Source: Candidatus Coatesbacteria bacterium (GTDB lineage Bacteria > RBG-13-66-14 > B26-G2 > JAUVZD01). Taken from it: a stretch of DNA of 64,000 nucleotides. Numbering within the stretch: position 1 is the first letter of the stretch; each line of letters opens with the position of its first letter. The notes under the pieces are model-generated. The model was not told the origin of the DNA. It saw only the letters and a list, made by a program, of their open reading frames with translations, and did not search any database. The stretch covers positions 270,213-334,212 of the forward strand of contig JAUVZD010000001.1 in assembly GCA_030602715.1 (NCBI GenBank). Direction: 5' to 3'. Positions 46,365-55,209 of the stretch are shown piece by piece. The translations under genes and the position numbers were made by a program.

Positions 46365-46434
46365 ATTTGAATTCTATTAAAGGGCGCAGGTCATGTCAAC
46401 TATATTATATTTTCCGCAAAGATGCCCACAGTTG

Positions 46435-46464
46435 TTGACTTAACCGACCCCGCTGTGCTATCAT
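46435..46464 (+). promoter_or_regulatory. Sigma-70-like promoter TTGACT-18-TATCAT upstream of murA
   Basis: TTGACT 46435-46440, 18-nt spacer, TATCAT 46459-46464; murA TTG start at 46495 with RBS aaaaggag. Confidence 0.4.
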
Positions 46465-46494
46465 TTTCCACCAACCCGAAAAAAGGAGCAGAGT

Positions 46495-47763
46495 TTGGAG
46501 AAGATAATAATCGTGGGCGGAAGTGTCCTGAGGGGCAAGGTTAGACCCTCGGGCTCTAAAAATTCCGCCCTGCCGATAATGGCCGCCTCCCTGCTCAGCA
46601 CTGAACCCATCATCCTGCACCATGTCCCACGCCTGGTGGATATTGAGACCATGGCTCAGGTTATGGACGTGTTAGGGGCGAAGGTGGAGTGGACAGGCGA
46701 CCACGACCTGCGCATAGACCCCGTAGGGCTCTCCTCCTATGAAGCGCCCTACGACCTGGTGCGGCGCATGCGAGCCTCCATCTATGTGTTGGGTCCGCTC
46801 GTCGCCCGCCTGAAAAAAGCCAAGGTGAGCCTGCCCGGCGGATGTTCCTTCGGTCCCCGACCGGTGGACCTTCATCTCAAGGGCATAGAGGCTCTGGGAG
46901 GAAAGGTCAGTTTGGAGCATGGTTATATTATGGTGAATGCGGATGAACTGGTGGGTGCAAAGATGAATCTTGCCGGCGCCTCCGGACCCAGTCGTGGGGC
47001 AAGCTCCAATGTAATGATGGCCGCCTCACTTGCCGAAGGAGTTACGGTTATAAACGGCGCCGCCCAGGAGCCGGAGCTTGTCCAACTGCAGGAATTCATC
47101 AATTCCATGGGCGGAAAGGTGAGCGGTGCGGGTAGCGACAAGCTCACCGTAGAGGGGGTATCCCAGTTAAAAGGCAGCGAATTTGAGATAATGGACGACT
47201 ACATAGAGGCGGGCACCTATCTGGTGGCTGGGGCTATGGCCGGGGAAATGGTGGCTGTGGAGGGCGATTTTTCCGCCAACCTCAAGCCGGTCCTTGCCTC
47301 CCTGGAGGAGACCGGCGCCCGTTTGGAGGTCGGTGAGGGGAAAGTGACCGTCCACGGCAACCCCCGACCGACCGCTGTCAACATAACCACCGCCCCCTAT
47401 CCCGGTTTCCCCACCGATATGCAGGCACAGATGATGGCTTACCTCTGTCGTGGGCGGGGAAGCTCGGTCATACGGGACACCATCTACCCCGACCGCTTCA
47501 ACCACGCCCAGGAGCTTCTTCGTCTGGGTGCGGACATCGTGAGGGAGGACGGAAGTGCCATCATAAACGGCGTGGAGGAGCTGTCCGGAGCCTACCTCAT
47601 GGCTAGCGACCTGCGCGCCTCGGCCGCCCTGATCCTCGCCGGTCTGGTAGCCAGAGGGGAGACGCATGTGCGCCGAATCTATCACATTGACCGGGGCTAT
47701 GAGCGCATTGAGGAGAAATTGGGACAGTTGGGGGCTGAAATCCGGCGGGTGGAGGAGGAGTGA
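46495..47763 (+). CDS. murA: UDP-N-acetylglucosamine 1-carboxyvinyltransferase
   Basis: IIVGGSVLRGKVRPSGSKNSALPIMAASLL, LPGGCSFGPRPVDLH (catalytic Cys), HIDRGYERIEEKL. Confidence 0.95.
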   Translation: MEKIIIVGGSVLRGKVRPSGSKNSALPIMAASLLSTEPIILHHVPRLVDIETMAQVMDVLGAKVEWTGDHDLRIDPVGLSSYEAPYDLVRRMRASIYVLGPLVARLKKAKVSLPGGCSFGPRPVDLHLKGIEALGGKVSLEHGYIMVNADELVGAKMNLAGASGPSRGASSNVMMAASLAEGVTVINGAAQEPELVQLQEFINSMGGKVSGAGSDKLTVEGVSQLKGSEFEIMDDYIEAGTYLVAGAMAGEMVAVEGDFSANLKPVLASLEETGARLEVGEGKVTVHGNPRPTAVNITTAPYPGFPTDMQAQMMAYLCRGRGSSVIRDTIYPDRFNHAQELLRLGADIVREDGSAIINGVEELSGAYLMASDLRASAALILAGLVARGETHVRRIYHIDRGYERIEEKLGQLGAEIRRVEEE

Positions 47764-47785
47764 GGTTGTGCTATAACTAGAAAGT

Positions 47786-47819
47786 AAAAAACCGGCGCAG
47801 TGTGCCGGTTCTTGTTTTT
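47786..47819. terminator. Bidirectional rho-independent terminator after murA
   Basis: aaaaa-AACCGGC-gcagtgt-GCCGGTT-cttgttttt: A-tract, 7-bp stem, T-tract. Confidence 0.65.
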
Positions 47820-47837
47820 AACCTTGGTCTGCAATTA

Positions 47838-48314
47838 TCATATCCGCTTCGTCAACTCCAAAGGATAATCAATAGTCCCAATCCAGGTCTTTACATGGAC
47901 CGTGCCCTTCAATGTCAAATCCACCCCTCCGGAAAGGATCGTCGCCAGCAGGGCTCTGCCCACCTCCTTGCTGTTTATGGTCAGGCTCAAATTGAGCCCA
48001 CCCTCCTGCTCCGGCTCAATCTCCAACTTCTCAGTATGAACGCCGGTGGATACCAATATATCCTCCTGAACATATATCTGATATTCAAAGCTGTCAACCA
48101 CCACTTTGATGTCGTTGGGGTTGGTCACCGATAACTTCACCCTGAGCTGGATACCCTCCAGGGAGATGCTCTCCACTACCACATCATCCAGCCTGAACTT
48201 ACAGTCCTTTATCGCCTTGCGCTGGGTTATGGTCTTGCAGGAGACCTGAGCGAGGACCAGGACGATGAGGATTAGATAGATAACCGGCGAACATCTCACT
48301 TCTTCTGGCAACAT
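47838..48314 (-). CDS. LEA_2/WHy-like (late-embryogenesis-abundant type 2) lipoprotein, tentative
   Basis: Lipobox LAQVSC; FRLDDVVVESISLEGIQLRVKLSVTNPND..VVVDSFEYQIYV matches the LEA14/WHy beta-sandwich pattern; by resemblance. Confidence 0.45.
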   Translation of the reverse strand: MLPEEVRCSPVIYLILIVLVLAQVSCKTITQRKAIKDCKFRLDDVVVESISLEGIQLRVKLSVTNPNDIKVVVDSFEYQIYVQEDILVSTGVHTEKLEIEPEQEGGLNLSLTINSKEVGRALLATILSGGVDLTLKGTVHVKTWIGTIDYPLELTKRI

Positions 48315-48413
48315 CTCCTAAAACCATCCCTCCATTTACCCAAGCGCTTATGAAAAAGGCTCCTGGCAAAAAGAGCCCCCTCTCGCCCTCTCAAAACCTG
48401 AAAACGACCTCTC

Positions 48414-48740
48414 TCACTTCTCCAGACCGGGGGGGTTGTATATCTTCTCCACAAACTCCATAACCCGCCCGAATTCGTCGGGGTCTATCCTCTCCAGGAC
48501 GATACGCCCGTCGCAGAAGAGGGTCACCTCCACCTCGCCTATTTTGAAAAGACAGGTCTCGCTGTCCATGCCATTCAGGTCGTAGCCACAGCTCCGATAA
48601 CAGGAGGAGAACCTATCCAGGTCCAACTTCAGATTCTTGAATGGCGCCACCTCAAAGTCCCCGATGTTTTTGGCACTGCAGAGTCTGGTAATCTCCAGGA
48701 CAATGGGTCCATTAGTAATGGTATCTATCTCCTCACGCAT
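48414..48740 (-). CDS. Hypothetical small Cys-containing protein translationally coupled to the cysteine desulfurase
   Basis: 108 aa; start overlaps the desulfurase stop by 8 nt; five Cys incl. CYRSC; no family assigned. Confidence 0.4.
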   Translation of the reverse strand: MREEIDTITNGPIVLEITRLCSAKNIGDFEVAPFKNLKLDLDRFSSCYRSCGYDLNGMDSETCLFKIGEVEVTLFCDGRIVLERIDPDEFGRVMEFVEKIYNPPGLEK

Positions 48741-49986
48741 CTCCCACCAGCTCCAATATCCTCTCGGTAACTTCCATAAATTTATCTATCTCCTCAACCG
48801 TGTTGTAGAATGCCATTGACGCCCGCACGGTTCCCCGCTCTACCCCCAGCACCTCCTGGTGCAGGGGGATGGCGCAGTGGTGACCACTGCGCAGGACGAT
48901 ATTGCCAAACTGGTCGTATAGAGAAGCGACCCTGTGTACCCCCAGGTCCGCAATATGGAAGGCGAAGATTCCCAGCCGCTTGTCGGTCCCCTCTGCCCCG
49001 AAGACCCGCAGTCGGTCATAGGAACGGATTTTGTGGTCAAACTCCCCGGTCAAGTGCTTACATCGCTTCTCTATGTTATCAAATCCAACCTCGCCTATGA
49101 AATCAACCGCCCGGGCAAAACCCGCAACCGCCGCTATCGGCTGGGTCCCGGCTTCAAAGCCCGTCGGCGTCTCCGCAACCCGGAATCCATCCAGCATAAC
49201 ATCGGTGACCATCCCCCCACCGACCAACAGGGGCTGGGGCTGGGGCGCATCCTTGCTGATATACAACGCTCCTATCCCGGTGGGTCCATACATTTTGTGC
49301 GCCGATATGGCCAGATAGTCAACCCCCAACTCCTTCACATTGATGGGAAAGTGAGGCGCCGCCTGAGCGGCATCCACCATGGTCAGTGTCCCCCGCTCCT
49401 TCGCCATCCGCACTACCTCCGCCACCGGTAGCCTCACGCCCAGCACATTGGAGACATAGACCATTGAGACCAATCGGGGCTTACTCTCCAGCGCTTTGTT
49501 ATAGGGCTCAAGGTCACCTAGATCATTGAGGTCGGGAATGACATACTCCAGTTTAAGACCGTTTCTTTTGGCGGTCACCTGCCAGGGGAGTAAGTTGGAA
49601 TGGTGTTCCGCCAGGGTGGTCACCACCCGGTCGCCCTTCTTCCAGGGCAGTCCGCAAGCGATGATGTTTATGGCTTCGGTGGTGTTGCGCACAAAGACTA
49701 TCTCCCGGGGTTCCGCCCCCAAAAAGTCGGCCACCTTCTCCCGACCCTCCTCAAAGACCCCGGTTGTCCTCTTGGTGTGGCGGGAGAGTCCCCGCCCCAC
49801 ATTGGCGCGGTAATAGAGGTCGCTCTCCATCATCGCCTCGGCAACCTGCCGGGGCATCAAGGAGGTGGCGGCGTTATCAAAATAGATTATGCCGCCCTCG
49901 GCTAGAATGGGAAACTGGTGGCGAATTGACTCAATGTCCATTGTCAACTCTACCTCTGGGGGGGATTTTGATTCTGGGTTGGTCAA
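48733..49986 (-). CDS. sufS: Cysteine desulfurase, SufS/CsdA-type (aminotransferase class V)
   Basis: FDNAATSL, PLP-Lys context AISAHKMYGPTGIGALY, group-II signature RSGHHCAIP. Possible start MDIESIRHQF at 49941. Confidence 0.85.
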   Translation of the reverse strand: MTNPESKSPPEVELTMDIESIRHQFPILAEGGIIYFDNAATSLMPRQVAEAMMESDLYYRANVGRGLSRHTKRTTGVFEEGREKVADFLGAEPREIVFVRNTTEAINIIACGLPWKKGDRVVTTLAEHHSNLLPWQVTAKRNGLKLEYVIPDLNDLGDLEPYNKALESKPRLVSMVYVSNVLGVRLPVAEVVRMAKERGTLTMVDAAQAAPHFPINVKELGVDYLAISAHKMYGPTGIGALYISKDAPQPQPLLVGGGMVTDVMLDGFRVAETPTGFEAGTQPIAAVAGFARAVDFIGEVGFDNIEKRCKHLTGEFDHKIRSYDRLRVFGAEGTDKRLGIFAFHIADLGVHRVASLYDQFGNIVLRSGHHCAIPLHQEVLGVERGTVRASMAFYNTVEEIDKFMEVTERILELVGDA

Positions 49987-50387
49987 GGGTTATTCCGCCA
50001 GTCGTTTGTTGGATTATGCAAAAACGGGGTAAAGGTGTTTCTACGATTTTACCCTAATCGGGAAAAATGTCAAGGAAAGAGGTTCAAAAAAATACCCCAA
50101 AAATATGTTGCTGGAGTTACAATTATTCTGCCGATATCAGTATTGCCCCGGATCAACCAGATTCATACAACTTCCTGATATAGTTCTCCTTTCATCATCT
50201 AGATTTTTGCTCACTTTCAAAAGTCAAGCCAACTTTTGAGTAAAAAAACCGAGTGCCTTGGCACCCATTTTGAGACACTCATGGCGTCAACAAAGCGGTT
50301 ATCTGCCCACTTCCCGATACTACCAGCATCGGTGGCATTTTCCATAAGATACTTTTCCGTCTTTTTCTTGCTTTTATCATCGCATTA

Positions 50388-50416
50388 TGATATATTTCTT
50401 GAGGAGAAGTTAACAC
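50388..50416 (+). promoter_or_regulatory. Candidate promoter TTGCTT-17-TATATT upstream of the 537-aa secreted protein gene
   Basis: TTGCTT 50388-50393, 17-nt spacer, TATATT 50411-50416, in a ~450-bp AT-richer divergent intergenic region. Confidence 0.3.
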
Positions 50417-50442
50417 TAACCATCCCACGGGGGGTGATTTGA

Positions 50443-52056
50443 GTGAGTAGATATTTGGTGATGGCAACCGTTCTACTAATGACATCTGTCCCCGCTGCCA
50501 TTCATTCGGGGCTCACCCAGCAGGGCAGTTCGCTCATATCGGGTGGGGTCCCCAGCCTCATTGGCTCCACCGACACGCATTTCCTGCCCACTCCCGGCTC
50601 CGAGACCCAGCTCATAGAAGCCACCAACTGTTACCTGAACGCCACCTATTACGGCACCTTTGGTGAAACCTGGAACACAGACCAGGGTTTCTACTACAAC
50701 ACCACGGAGATGTTTAACCCGGACCATTACAGCAACCCCTTTGCTTTCACCGAGAGTCCAGCAGGTCCTTACGGCAACTATAAGGACATCACCGCCGGGA
50801 TGAGCCAGGACCTGGCCATCTCCCCATCATACAGTTCCGCCACCCTCTCCTTCTACGCCCATTGGGACATTGAGGTTGATTTTGACGGCATGGAACTGGA
50901 GGTCTCACCCAACGGTGGATTCAACTGGTATAACCTGCAGGCAACCTACACCGTCCTGGGTTGTAACCCCCCTTCCATCGGTCAGCCGAACCCCTCCCAC
51001 TATTACTTTGAGGGTAATGAAGGAGAATATGGTGATTTCGTGCTGGTAACCGCAAACCTCAACCCCTACATCGGCGTTAGCCAACTGCGCATCCGCTTCC
51101 ATTTCCGCACCGATGGATACAATGAGTATCCCTACGACGGCTTCTTCTTAGACAACTTCAAAATTGTGGGTGACACCACTACCCTCTTCTTCCTGGACTT
51201 TGACAATGGTTTTCAAGCTGTCTGGGAATATCAATCCCCCTGGGGAAAGACCCAATCCATCAGCCGTATCTGCAATGGGTTGGACTTCGGTCAGGTGCTG
51301 GCAGGAATAAGCAATGAATATGTGGCTTATGGAGGTTATATTGGAAGTTACGACGACTGGTATCCGCTGGGCCCCTGGACCACAGACCCCTACTATTGCA
51401 AGTTTGAAAACACTCAGGAACCCCCCTACGGACCCCACCTGGAGGTGCACGAATTCATCTATGGAATAGACATGAGTTACGACGACTACATCATCATTGA
51501 CTCCTACTATCACAATGTCGGGGTGGAATACATCAACGACATTTATCTGGGTCCCCAGATGGACATGCGGGTGGCACATACCGGGAACGAGGAAATATGG
51601 GGTCCCTGGTATGACATAGCCCGCTACGACAGCTACCAGCATCTCGCATATCTCTACGACTACGAAGAGGAAGATAATATCTGCTTCGGATTGGCGCTCT
51701 TCACCGATAACCCCTACTCGGTGAACTTCTTTGAGCCCTCCACCTACGCAGTGTTCACCGACCCCAATCTACTCTTCCCACAACTCTCCAATGGACAGAA
51801 GGACTGGGAATCGGGACCCAGCCCGCCCCCGGGCAACAACTGGGCGGTCACCATGGGAGTGGGACCCATAGACCTATCCCCCAACGATGTCTATCGTGTC
51901 TGCTTTGCGATTATCGGTGGGGATTCGGTGGACGACCTGAAGAACAACACCACCCGTGCCTACAATAGTTATACCCAGCTTCCCGATATGTCCGGCTTCA
52001 TAGTTTTAATACAGCCATGTAGTCTTGGGCGTCTGAAGGCTATGTTCGCCGAATAA
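50443..52056 (+). CDS. Hypothetical secreted aromatic-rich protein
   Basis: 537 aa; GTG at 50443 or ATG at 50461 (MATVLLMTSVPAAIHS signal); very Tyr/Trp/Phe/Asn/Pro/Gly-rich; segment AHWDIEVDFDGMELEVSPNGGFNWYNL..LRIRFHFRTDGYNEYPYDGFFLDNFKIVG has the look of a beta-sandwich domain. No catalytic motif. Confidence 0.5.
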   Translation: MSRYLVMATVLLMTSVPAAIHSGLTQQGSSLISGGVPSLIGSTDTHFLPTPGSETQLIEATNCYLNATYYGTFGETWNTDQGFYYNTTEMFNPDHYSNPFAFTESPAGPYGNYKDITAGMSQDLAISPSYSSATLSFYAHWDIEVDFDGMELEVSPNGGFNWYNLQATYTVLGCNPPSIGQPNPSHYYFEGNEGEYGDFVLVTANLNPYIGVSQLRIRFHFRTDGYNEYPYDGFFLDNFKIVGDTTTLFFLDFDNGFQAVWEYQSPWGKTQSISRICNGLDFGQVLAGISNEYVAYGGYIGSYDDWYPLGPWTTDPYYCKFENTQEPPYGPHLEVHEFIYGIDMSYDDYIIIDSYYHNVGVEYINDIYLGPQMDMRVAHTGNEEIWGPWYDIARYDSYQHLAYLYDYEEEDNICFGLALFTDNPYSVNFFEPSTYAVFTDPNLLFPQLSNGQKDWESGPSPPPGNNWAVTMGVGPIDLSPNDVYRVCFAIIGGDSVDDLKNNTTRAYNSYTQLPDMSGFIVLIQPCSLGRLKAMFAE

Positions 52057-52160
52057 CAGCTCCGCCTTCAGAGCCCGACAGCTTAGCAAAGACCCTTGCC
52101 AAAGGGTCTTTGCTATATTATCATTTCGCCATCGGCAAAAATTTGGAACGGAGCAGAAAG

Positions 52161-53567
52161 ATGATACGCTTTTACAACACCATGAGCAGAAGGATTGAGG
52201 AGTTCAAGCCCCTGGTAGCCGGTCAGGTGGGTATGTATAACTGCGGACCGACGGTCTATGGCTACACCCACATAGGCAATCTGCGCACTTTTATGTTTGA
52301 GGACCTACTGCGCCGAACCCTCAAGCACTTCGGATATAAGGTGACCCAGGTGATGAACATAACCGACATTGACGACAAGACCATAAAGGGGGCAAACGAA
52401 AAGGGCATCTCCTTGAGCGAATATACCGAGCCTTACACCCAAGCCTTCTTTGAGGACATCGGCACCCTGAACATTGAACCGGCAGAGATCTACCCCCGAG
52501 CCACCGAACATATCCCGGATATGGTCAAGCTGGTTGAACGGCTTGCGAAAGCGGGGCTGACCTACGACGCCGAGGACGGCATCTACTTCCCCATCGCCAA
52601 GTTTCCCGCTTATGGACGCCTCTCCGGTTTTGACATCAGCCAGGTCAAGGTGGGAGCGCGCATCTCTCAGGATGAATACGACAAGGAGGACGCCCGGGAC
52701 TTCGCCCTGTGGAAGAAGGAGTCACCGAACGAGCCGGCATGGGACGCCCCCTTCGGGCGGGGCCGTCCCGGCTGGCACATTGAGTGCTCGGCGATGTCAA
52801 TGAAATATCTCGGAGAAACCTTTGACATCCATACCGGCGGGGTGGACAACATCTTCCCCCACCACGAAAACGAGATCGCCCAGAGCGAGGGAGCCAGCGG
52901 CGAAACCTTCGTCCACTACTGGCTGCACAGCGAACATCTCATCGTGGAAGGGCAGAGGATGGCTAAGTCCCTGGGCAATTTCTACATCCTGCGCCAGCTC
53001 CTGGACAAGGGACATCACCCCATGGCAATCCGCTACCTGTTACTCTCCACCCACTACCGCAAACGGCTCAACTTCACCTTTGAGGGCTTGGAGGGAGCCA
53101 AAACCTCCGTTCGCCGAATGCAGGACCTGAAGCTCAGACTGGGTGATGTTGCGCAGGCTGGTGTGAAGAAAGATATGGCGGGACCGCTCCCGGCGGTGTT
53201 GCAGGCACAAACAGAGAAATTCAATTCCGCTCTAGCCGATGACCTCTCCATCTCCCCCGCTCTAGCCGCCGTCTTTGAGGTCGTCCGGGTGGCAAACATC
53301 AGCCTGGAGGAGGCTTCTCTCTCCTCCACCGAGGCGCAAGAGGCTCTGGAGTTTTTCTCCCGGGTGGATAAAGTGCTGGGCGTATTGGGCAACGAGGGTG
53401 ATGAGGGGGAGGTTCCAGAAGAGGTGCTGGAGCTCTCAAAGAGGAGAGAGCTGGCTCGCCAGGAGAAGAACTTCACCCTGGCTGACGAACTCCGCTCCAA
53501 GATAGAGGCTTTAGGGTATGAGGTGAAGGACACACCCCGGGGAAGCAGACTGAAGCGGAAAACATAA
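52161..53567 (+). CDS. cysS: Cysteine--tRNA ligase
   Basis: MIRFYNTMSRRIEEFKP..MYNCGPTVYGYTHIGN (HIGH), WHIECSAM (zinc site), RMAKSLGN (KMSKS). Start chosen at ATG 52161 (RBS ggagcagaaag) rather than the ORF-track 52110. Confidence 0.95.
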   Translation: MIRFYNTMSRRIEEFKPLVAGQVGMYNCGPTVYGYTHIGNLRTFMFEDLLRRTLKHFGYKVTQVMNITDIDDKTIKGANEKGISLSEYTEPYTQAFFEDIGTLNIEPAEIYPRATEHIPDMVKLVERLAKAGLTYDAEDGIYFPIAKFPAYGRLSGFDISQVKVGARISQDEYDKEDARDFALWKKESPNEPAWDAPFGRGRPGWHIECSAMSMKYLGETFDIHTGGVDNIFPHHENEIAQSEGASGETFVHYWLHSEHLIVEGQRMAKSLGNFYILRQLLDKGHHPMAIRYLLLSTHYRKRLNFTFEGLEGAKTSVRRMQDLKLRLGDVAQAGVKKDMAGPLPAVLQAQTEKFNSALADDLSISPALAAVFEVVRVANISLEEASLSSTEAQEALEFFSRVDKVLGVLGNEGDEGEVPEEVLELSKRRELARQEKNFTLADELRSKIEALGYEVKDTPRGSRLKRKT

Positions 53568-53571
53568 CTGA

Positions 53572-53600
53572 GGACGGAAATTTGCTCCCCGTCCCTTTTC
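53572..53600 (+). terminator. Weak terminator-like hairpin after cysS
   Basis: ggacgg-aaatttgctcc-ccgtcc followed by cttttc; 6-bp stem only. Confidence 0.3.
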
Positions 53601-53714
53601 ATCAATTGCGTCTATTGCACTCCCGCACCGCCCTCGTTCAATCACAAAATCTCTACATAAGCTGAATCCTCGTTCTGTGGGGGGAAATTATGCTTGGAAA
53701 ATCCAGCCCCCCCC

Positions 53715-54443
53715 CTACCTATTGAATATCTCCTGCACAAAGTATATCAAGAAGCGCGCAGTGTCCATAACCACATTTATCTTGCTCTGCTCCTCACCGG
53801 TATATACCGTTTCTATCGGAGTGTTGCCGATGCGGTAACCGAGGCGGGAGGCTTTGAAGAGTAGTTCTGCCTCCAGCTCAAAGCCTCGCTTGGTGAAGGT
53901 CATCCCGTTCACCACCCGGGTGGCTATCCCCCGATAGCCGTTCTGGCTGTCCGGGATATACTGCCCGGCGATCAGAGAGATGACCAGGGAGGTGCTCAGG
54001 TTGCTGAAGCGCCTTTCCAGGGGCATCCCGCTCAGGTCAGCCATGCGGTTTCCCAGCACCACATCGTAGCCACGCTCCAGCTGGGCGACGAACTGGGGGA
54101 TATGCTTGGGCGGGTGCTGACCGTCGCCATCCAGGGTGATAATATATTCCACCCCGCACTCCTGCGCCCAGCGGAAACCCCGTTCCAGCGCCGCTCCCTT
54201 GCCCATATTTCTCGACTGGGAGAGGACCACCGCCCCCGCTTGTCGTGCTTTCCGGGCGGTCCCATCCACAGAGCCGTCGTCTACCACAACCACATAGTCC
54301 ACCAGCGGAAGGCACTGCGCAACCACATCCGCCACCTTCCGCTCCTCGTTGTAGGCGGGAATAAGAGCCATCACAACGGGTCTGGAAACGCTTTCTTGCA
54401 GGAGCATGGTCCTAATTTTAGCCTCCATTTTTCGCAATGTCAA
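53715..54443 (-). CDS. Glycosyltransferase family 2 (DPM1/GtrB-like)
   Basis: MALIPAYNEE, VVVDDGSVDGT, IITLDGDGQHPP (DxD region) are the GT-A fold signature. Confidence 0.85.
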   Translation of the reverse strand: MTLRKMEAKIRTMLLQESVSRPVVMALIPAYNEERKVADVVAQCLPLVDYVVVVDDGSVDGTARKARQAGAVVLSQSRNMGKGAALERGFRWAQECGVEYIITLDGDGQHPPKHIPQFVAQLERGYDVVLGNRMADLSGMPLERRFSNLSTSLVISLIAGQYIPDSQNGYRGIATRVVNGMTFTKRGFELEAELLFKASRLGYRIGNTPIETVYTGEEQSKINVVMDTARFLIYFVQEIFNR

Positions 54444-54543
54444 GGACTGTAACCTTTAGCAACCAGTAATAACTTGATTTTTTCACCGCACTGTGGTAAG
54501 ATATTGAGTTGAAAAATAGATTTCAGTTGGAGGTTTCTGAGGA

Positions 54544-55194
54544 GTGTTCAACCGATTCATCTTGGCAATTGTTCTGACGGGTGTTTTTTTTGTAACTCCC
54601 GCCCAGGCCAGGTATGTCATCGGTGTGGATGATATACTTTATATACAGCTCTATGGTGACCCCTCCATGACCGGTCACTGGGAGGTGCGGGAGGACGGCA
54701 ACATCAAATATCCCCTGCTGGGTGAGGTAAAATCCGCCGGCTACACCCTAAGCGAATTCAACGACTCGCTCACCGAAAAACTAAAAAAATACTATCAGGA
54801 CCCCCAGGTAACCGTAACCGTTGGCACCTACGGTAGCTGTAAGGTCTTCGTCCTCGGTCAGGTTGCCCGACCGGGTGTATATTACTACAAGCGGGAGGCT
54901 TCGGTCCTTGAGATTTTACTCCTCGCCGGAGGAGCGCTGGATTCCGGCAAGAAGAGTTCGGTGGTGGTGATCCGCCAGTTGGAATCCACCCCACAAATTA
55001 TGCGGGTCAATATTGATAAGGTGATAGACGAGGGGCTGGTCGCGCTAAACATACCGGTTAGACCACATGATATCGTCTTTGTGCCCAAGACATTCATAAC
55101 CAACTTAAATGATTTCCTGAACAAGATATATCCCTCCTTACGCACTTTTATGACCATAAACAGCATCTATCGCATGGAATGGACCCGTCCGTAA
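54544..55194 (+). CDS. Polysaccharide export protein (Wza/OPX family, short form)
   Basis: Signal peptide; Poly_export motif YVIGVDDILYIQLYGDP..YPLLGEVKSAGYTLSEF; SLBB-like VFVLGQVARPGVYYY. GTG start with RBS ggagg. Confidence 0.8.
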   Translation: MFNRFILAIVLTGVFFVTPAQARYVIGVDDILYIQLYGDPSMTGHWEVREDGNIKYPLLGEVKSAGYTLSEFNDSLTEKLKKYYQDPQVTVTVGTYGSCKVFVLGQVARPGVYYYKREASVLEILLLAGGALDSGKKSSVVVIRQLESTPQIMRVNIDKVIDEGLVALNIPVRPHDIVFVPKTFITNLNDFLNKIYPSLRTFMTINSIYRMEWTRP

Positions 55195-55209
55195 CACCTT
55201 CATTCTACC

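Noticed and set aside
50236-50442. 68-aa ORF in the sufS/secreted-protein intergenic region
   Set aside because: No RBS; hydrophobic low-complexity translation; more likely untranslated leader or promoter DNA, flagged instead as a possible regulatory region.
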